A DNA stretch of 63,493 bases, filler included, from Olpidium bornovanus S191 (taxonomy: Eukaryota; Fungi; Olpidiomycota), in NCBI GenBank assembly GCA_017911155.1. It is 28 parts of 28 records of this genome, joined end to end, with 100 filler letters (N's around TTAATTAATTAA, not from the genome) between each part and the next. Parts side by side here need not be neighbours in the genome. Positions count along the whole stretch, not along the records: positions 61,034 to 63,493 come from JAEFCI010001562.1; 27 more parts are not named here. One strand, written 5' to 3'. Positions 61,034-63,493 of the stretch are shown here, one piece after another (position 1 is the first letter of the stretch; the number at the start of each line of letters is the position of its first letter). The notes beneath the pieces were generated by a model, which had not been told where the DNA came from, ran no database searches, and was given only the letters and a program-made list of their open reading frames with translations. The translations under genes and the position numbers were made by a program.

Positions 61034-62600
61034 CACGCATTGAAGGTCTACCATTGTTTTGTATGATATTGGCTCCACGAAGCTGTTGATAATCTCCGCA
61101 AATGTCTCGGCAGACACCTTGGCGCGTCCCACCACGGTGGGATCCCTATACATGCACGTAAAGGAGGAAGTCAAGGCGTACTTTGGCGATGGGTCGAGGC
61201 GTAGTGTCGCGAACGAAAAGCGAAAACCGGCCAAACTCGAGGAAAAATCAAAAAACGTTGACGCAAAAGGATATGATTCCCAAGCTCTGCAGGCCTGTTC
61301 AATTGCCGGGACTCGATCCCCCGGAGTGCATTTGTTTTCGAGATACTTTTCAGAGCACTGCGACATTTCCTTCAGTATCTCTAGCAGATTGCCCACGAAG
61401 CAACAAACAGGGTACCAAGGTCGGCCGTGGAAAGAGGGAAAGAAGCGCGTAATGCGACACAAAAGCCCGAGCACAAATACGGGACCAGAGTAAGCAGCCG
61501 AATCGCACCTGCCGAGTACTCTTCAACCTTGAGGTCAACATCCCTTTGCACTGTCCTGATAAACACCATTACCAGGTAGCCAAGCACAGCCACCACAAAG
61601 ATGTTGAAAGTGAGCTGTAGGTATCCCGAGATCACGTATGGTAAGCTGTGGTGATCGAATGTTGCCGCCTTTGGTGATGTTGTTGAGGGAAAAAATCCGT
61701 GCATATACGATCGGCCTCCATTTTTCTACAGCCGTAGTCCCAAGCCGCGAGTGCAAAATCAATCAGCACAGCCAGAGAAACGCGGGCATATGTACTCCTC
61801 AAAGTTGATCAGCCCATGGGTACCGCAGCAGCTACCGCTTCGGTCTAGAGAGATTTAAGGCTCACCTTCCAGTCCCTTTCGCTTCCGTTCCCGTCATCGT
61901 CCTCGTCGCTGTCGCCGGCCCGCCAGCACTTGGTCTCCGATCGCGCCCTTTTCCGTCGGGCCTTCTTCAGCGAGTGACCGGCCGGCGGTTCCGACGGAGA
62001 CGGATTCGACGCGCGAAACCTCAGGCTGCCGACGCCGTCGGCCAGAAAATTTGCGGACGGAGCGGCGATGTTCGACGCGGCAGTTGACGGGCGCGAGAAC
62101 ATGAACGGGCCGCCGAACGCCATCGTGGTTCCGTCCGTCTCTGGTGCGGCGTTCACGGTGGAATGGGAGCCTTTTTTTTAAAAAGGTGAATGAGACCGCT
62201 TTGCCAGCACACGGGCACTAAGAAAGAGAACAGCACAGGACTACGCCCCGACACACGGTTTTTGGGAGCGTTTAAGATGGAAACGGCGGTACGCGCTCAA
62301 GGCCGGACCTCGCGGCCTATCGCCGCCGTATCCTTTTTATGCCCGCAACAACACGTTGCCCCAGTTCAAGCTTCCTATACTCACGCTTGAGACCGGCGGC
62401 GATCATGCCGGCACCTTGTACGCCGGTTTCGCTTCCGGCTACCACTGTTGCCTGTTCGGAGGCGTCGGCTGCTTGTTCCGGGTCAACATCGGACTGTGGC
62501 GAAGAACGCGTCCCGGAGGGCGCAAATATGCTCGTCCTTCCGGAAGCGCTGTCGTACTCAAACTCCATGGGAGCCTCCTTCGGGCCGACGGCACGACGGC
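61034..62600 (-). CDS. BRL1: Brr6/Brl1-family nuclear envelope protein, 3'-truncated
   Basis: EAPMEFEY, LPYVISGYLQLTFN, DVDLKVEEYSA|EILKEMSQCSEKYLENKCTPGDRVPAIEQACRAWES|CMYRDPTVVGRAKVSAETFAEIINSFVEPISYK, with four conserved Cys. Confidence 0.93.
61158..61274 (-). other. U12-type (minor spliceosome) AT-AC intron, 117 nt
   Basis: 5' site ATATCCTTTT; branch site GCCTTGAC with the A 13 nt from the end; 3' site TAC. Removing it restores WES|CMYRDP. Confidence 0.88.
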
Positions 62601-63214
62601 CACCCCCCCTTTCAGCGACGGCGAGGTCAGCTGGCGGTGGCCTGAGGAAGCGTGCAGCAAATGCAAGGCGGCCTGGCGCGCCGACGCCAACATGTCTCGA
62701 CTTGCGTTTTTTTTTTTTTTTTGCCGAGGTCCGGTTCACCGACTAAGACCCCCCCTTTCGTTTTCCCTTCCAGTCGGCACTCCGCAAGAAGAGCGATTGG
62801 ACGACGGCAACGTGTGCCTGCCGCAGTCGCGGGCGAGGCAGCGTCTAACGCCCTGAAGCCCTGGGGAGAACCGATTGAGCATGAAGGTCGAGGGCGACGG
62901 GGGCGAATGCTGGCAGAATCATCACGGGCGTGATGCACCGGATTCAGCCGAATTTCCTGTTAACCTTTCCGGCGAACGGGACGCCGGCAACGGAGCGCGT
63001 CCGCCTGGGAGCCTCGGGAACCTGCGGGTATCCCCAGCGATTGCGGACGCAGCCTGAGTACCGGATGTTGGATTAGTCGATGGAGCCGCCCAGGATTACC
63101 GCGCTTTGGCGGCGGAGATAGACTGACCTTCAACTTTTATTAGGCTGGCGTTTTTCTCCCGCGTTTGGCAAGTTTCGATTGGTCATCTGCTAATTTAACC
63201 ATTTTGACCCGAAG

Positions 63215-63347
63215 GCAGATTCCTGAGGCAGACCCAGAATGCAAATTTCGAGAGTAGATCGGAACGCAAACTCGGAACGCAGATTCCAATGGCAGATTCG
63301 GGGATTCCGCAGATTCAGAACGCAAATTTGGAGGCTGAATTTCGAAG
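63215..63347 (+). repeat. Degenerate 13-bp minisatellite, about 10 copies
   Basis: GCAGATTC/GCAAATTT-headed units start at about 63215, 63228, 63241, 63254, 63266, 63279, 63292, 63309, 63322 and 63334. Confidence 0.85.
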
Positions 63348-63493
63348 ACAGACGCAGTCAATAATTATGGGCACTGGGCACCTTGCGGTTGACAGTTGCG
63401 GCACGCTGCAAGAGATCGCGCTGCTAATCGCCGTATCATTGAACTGAGGGCGGCTATTGAGATCCGTAGACGACATTTGCTGTACTTGCATGC

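Noticed and set aside
62328-62336. GTATCCTTT U12-like donor on the plus strand
   Set aside because: It is antisense to BRL1 and lies within one of its introns; no plus-strand gene is evident.
1-63493. CRISPR arrays, operons or a cross-contig gene cluster (e.g. GT92 + Agd3 + sugar transporter)
   Set aside because: No repeat-spacer arrays exist, and the genes lie on different contigs joined by artificial linkers.

Overview
This window is not a contiguous locus. It is 28 short (about 1-4 kb) eukaryotic contigs joined by 27 artificial 100-nt linkers (N44-TTAATTAATTAA-N44, stops in all six frames), so adjacency across linkers means nothing. The DNA is GC-rich and intron-rich, with many unreliable poly-G/C/A/T runs. 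The gene set looks fungal (BRL1/BRR6, Msn2-like TF, AVO3, ERG9, URA3, CCC2, nudC, ACC1, MTHFR, RPN13, CLC1, kinesin-5, PSP1). A TKL kinase and a minor-class intron point to an early-diverging, non-Dikarya lineage; this is inference and the taxon is not proven. Mobile DNA includes a Ty3/gypsy chromovirus tail, a gypsy gag, a decayed Ty1/copia with its 3' LTR, and several nested LTRs. Strongest signal: a textbook U12-type AT-AC intron (ATATCCTTTT...CCTTGAC-N-TAC) in BRL1/BRR6, implying a minor spliceosome; it is hidden because it is 117 nt long and stop-free. Other highlights: a Msn2-like zinc-finger exon whose two flanking splice sites both carry G-to-C changes; an atypical tRNA with a GGG anticodon 11 nt from an LTR-like element; an Agd3/CBM87-like secreted protein apparently lacking its deacetylase domain; an intronless GT92-like enzyme; and a kinesin-5 with an altered switch I. 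Several contigs could not be assigned (about 1-1860, 10205-12199, 25202-26406, 33308-36459, 54482-55572). All family assignments come from motif recognition by eye, not from database searches.
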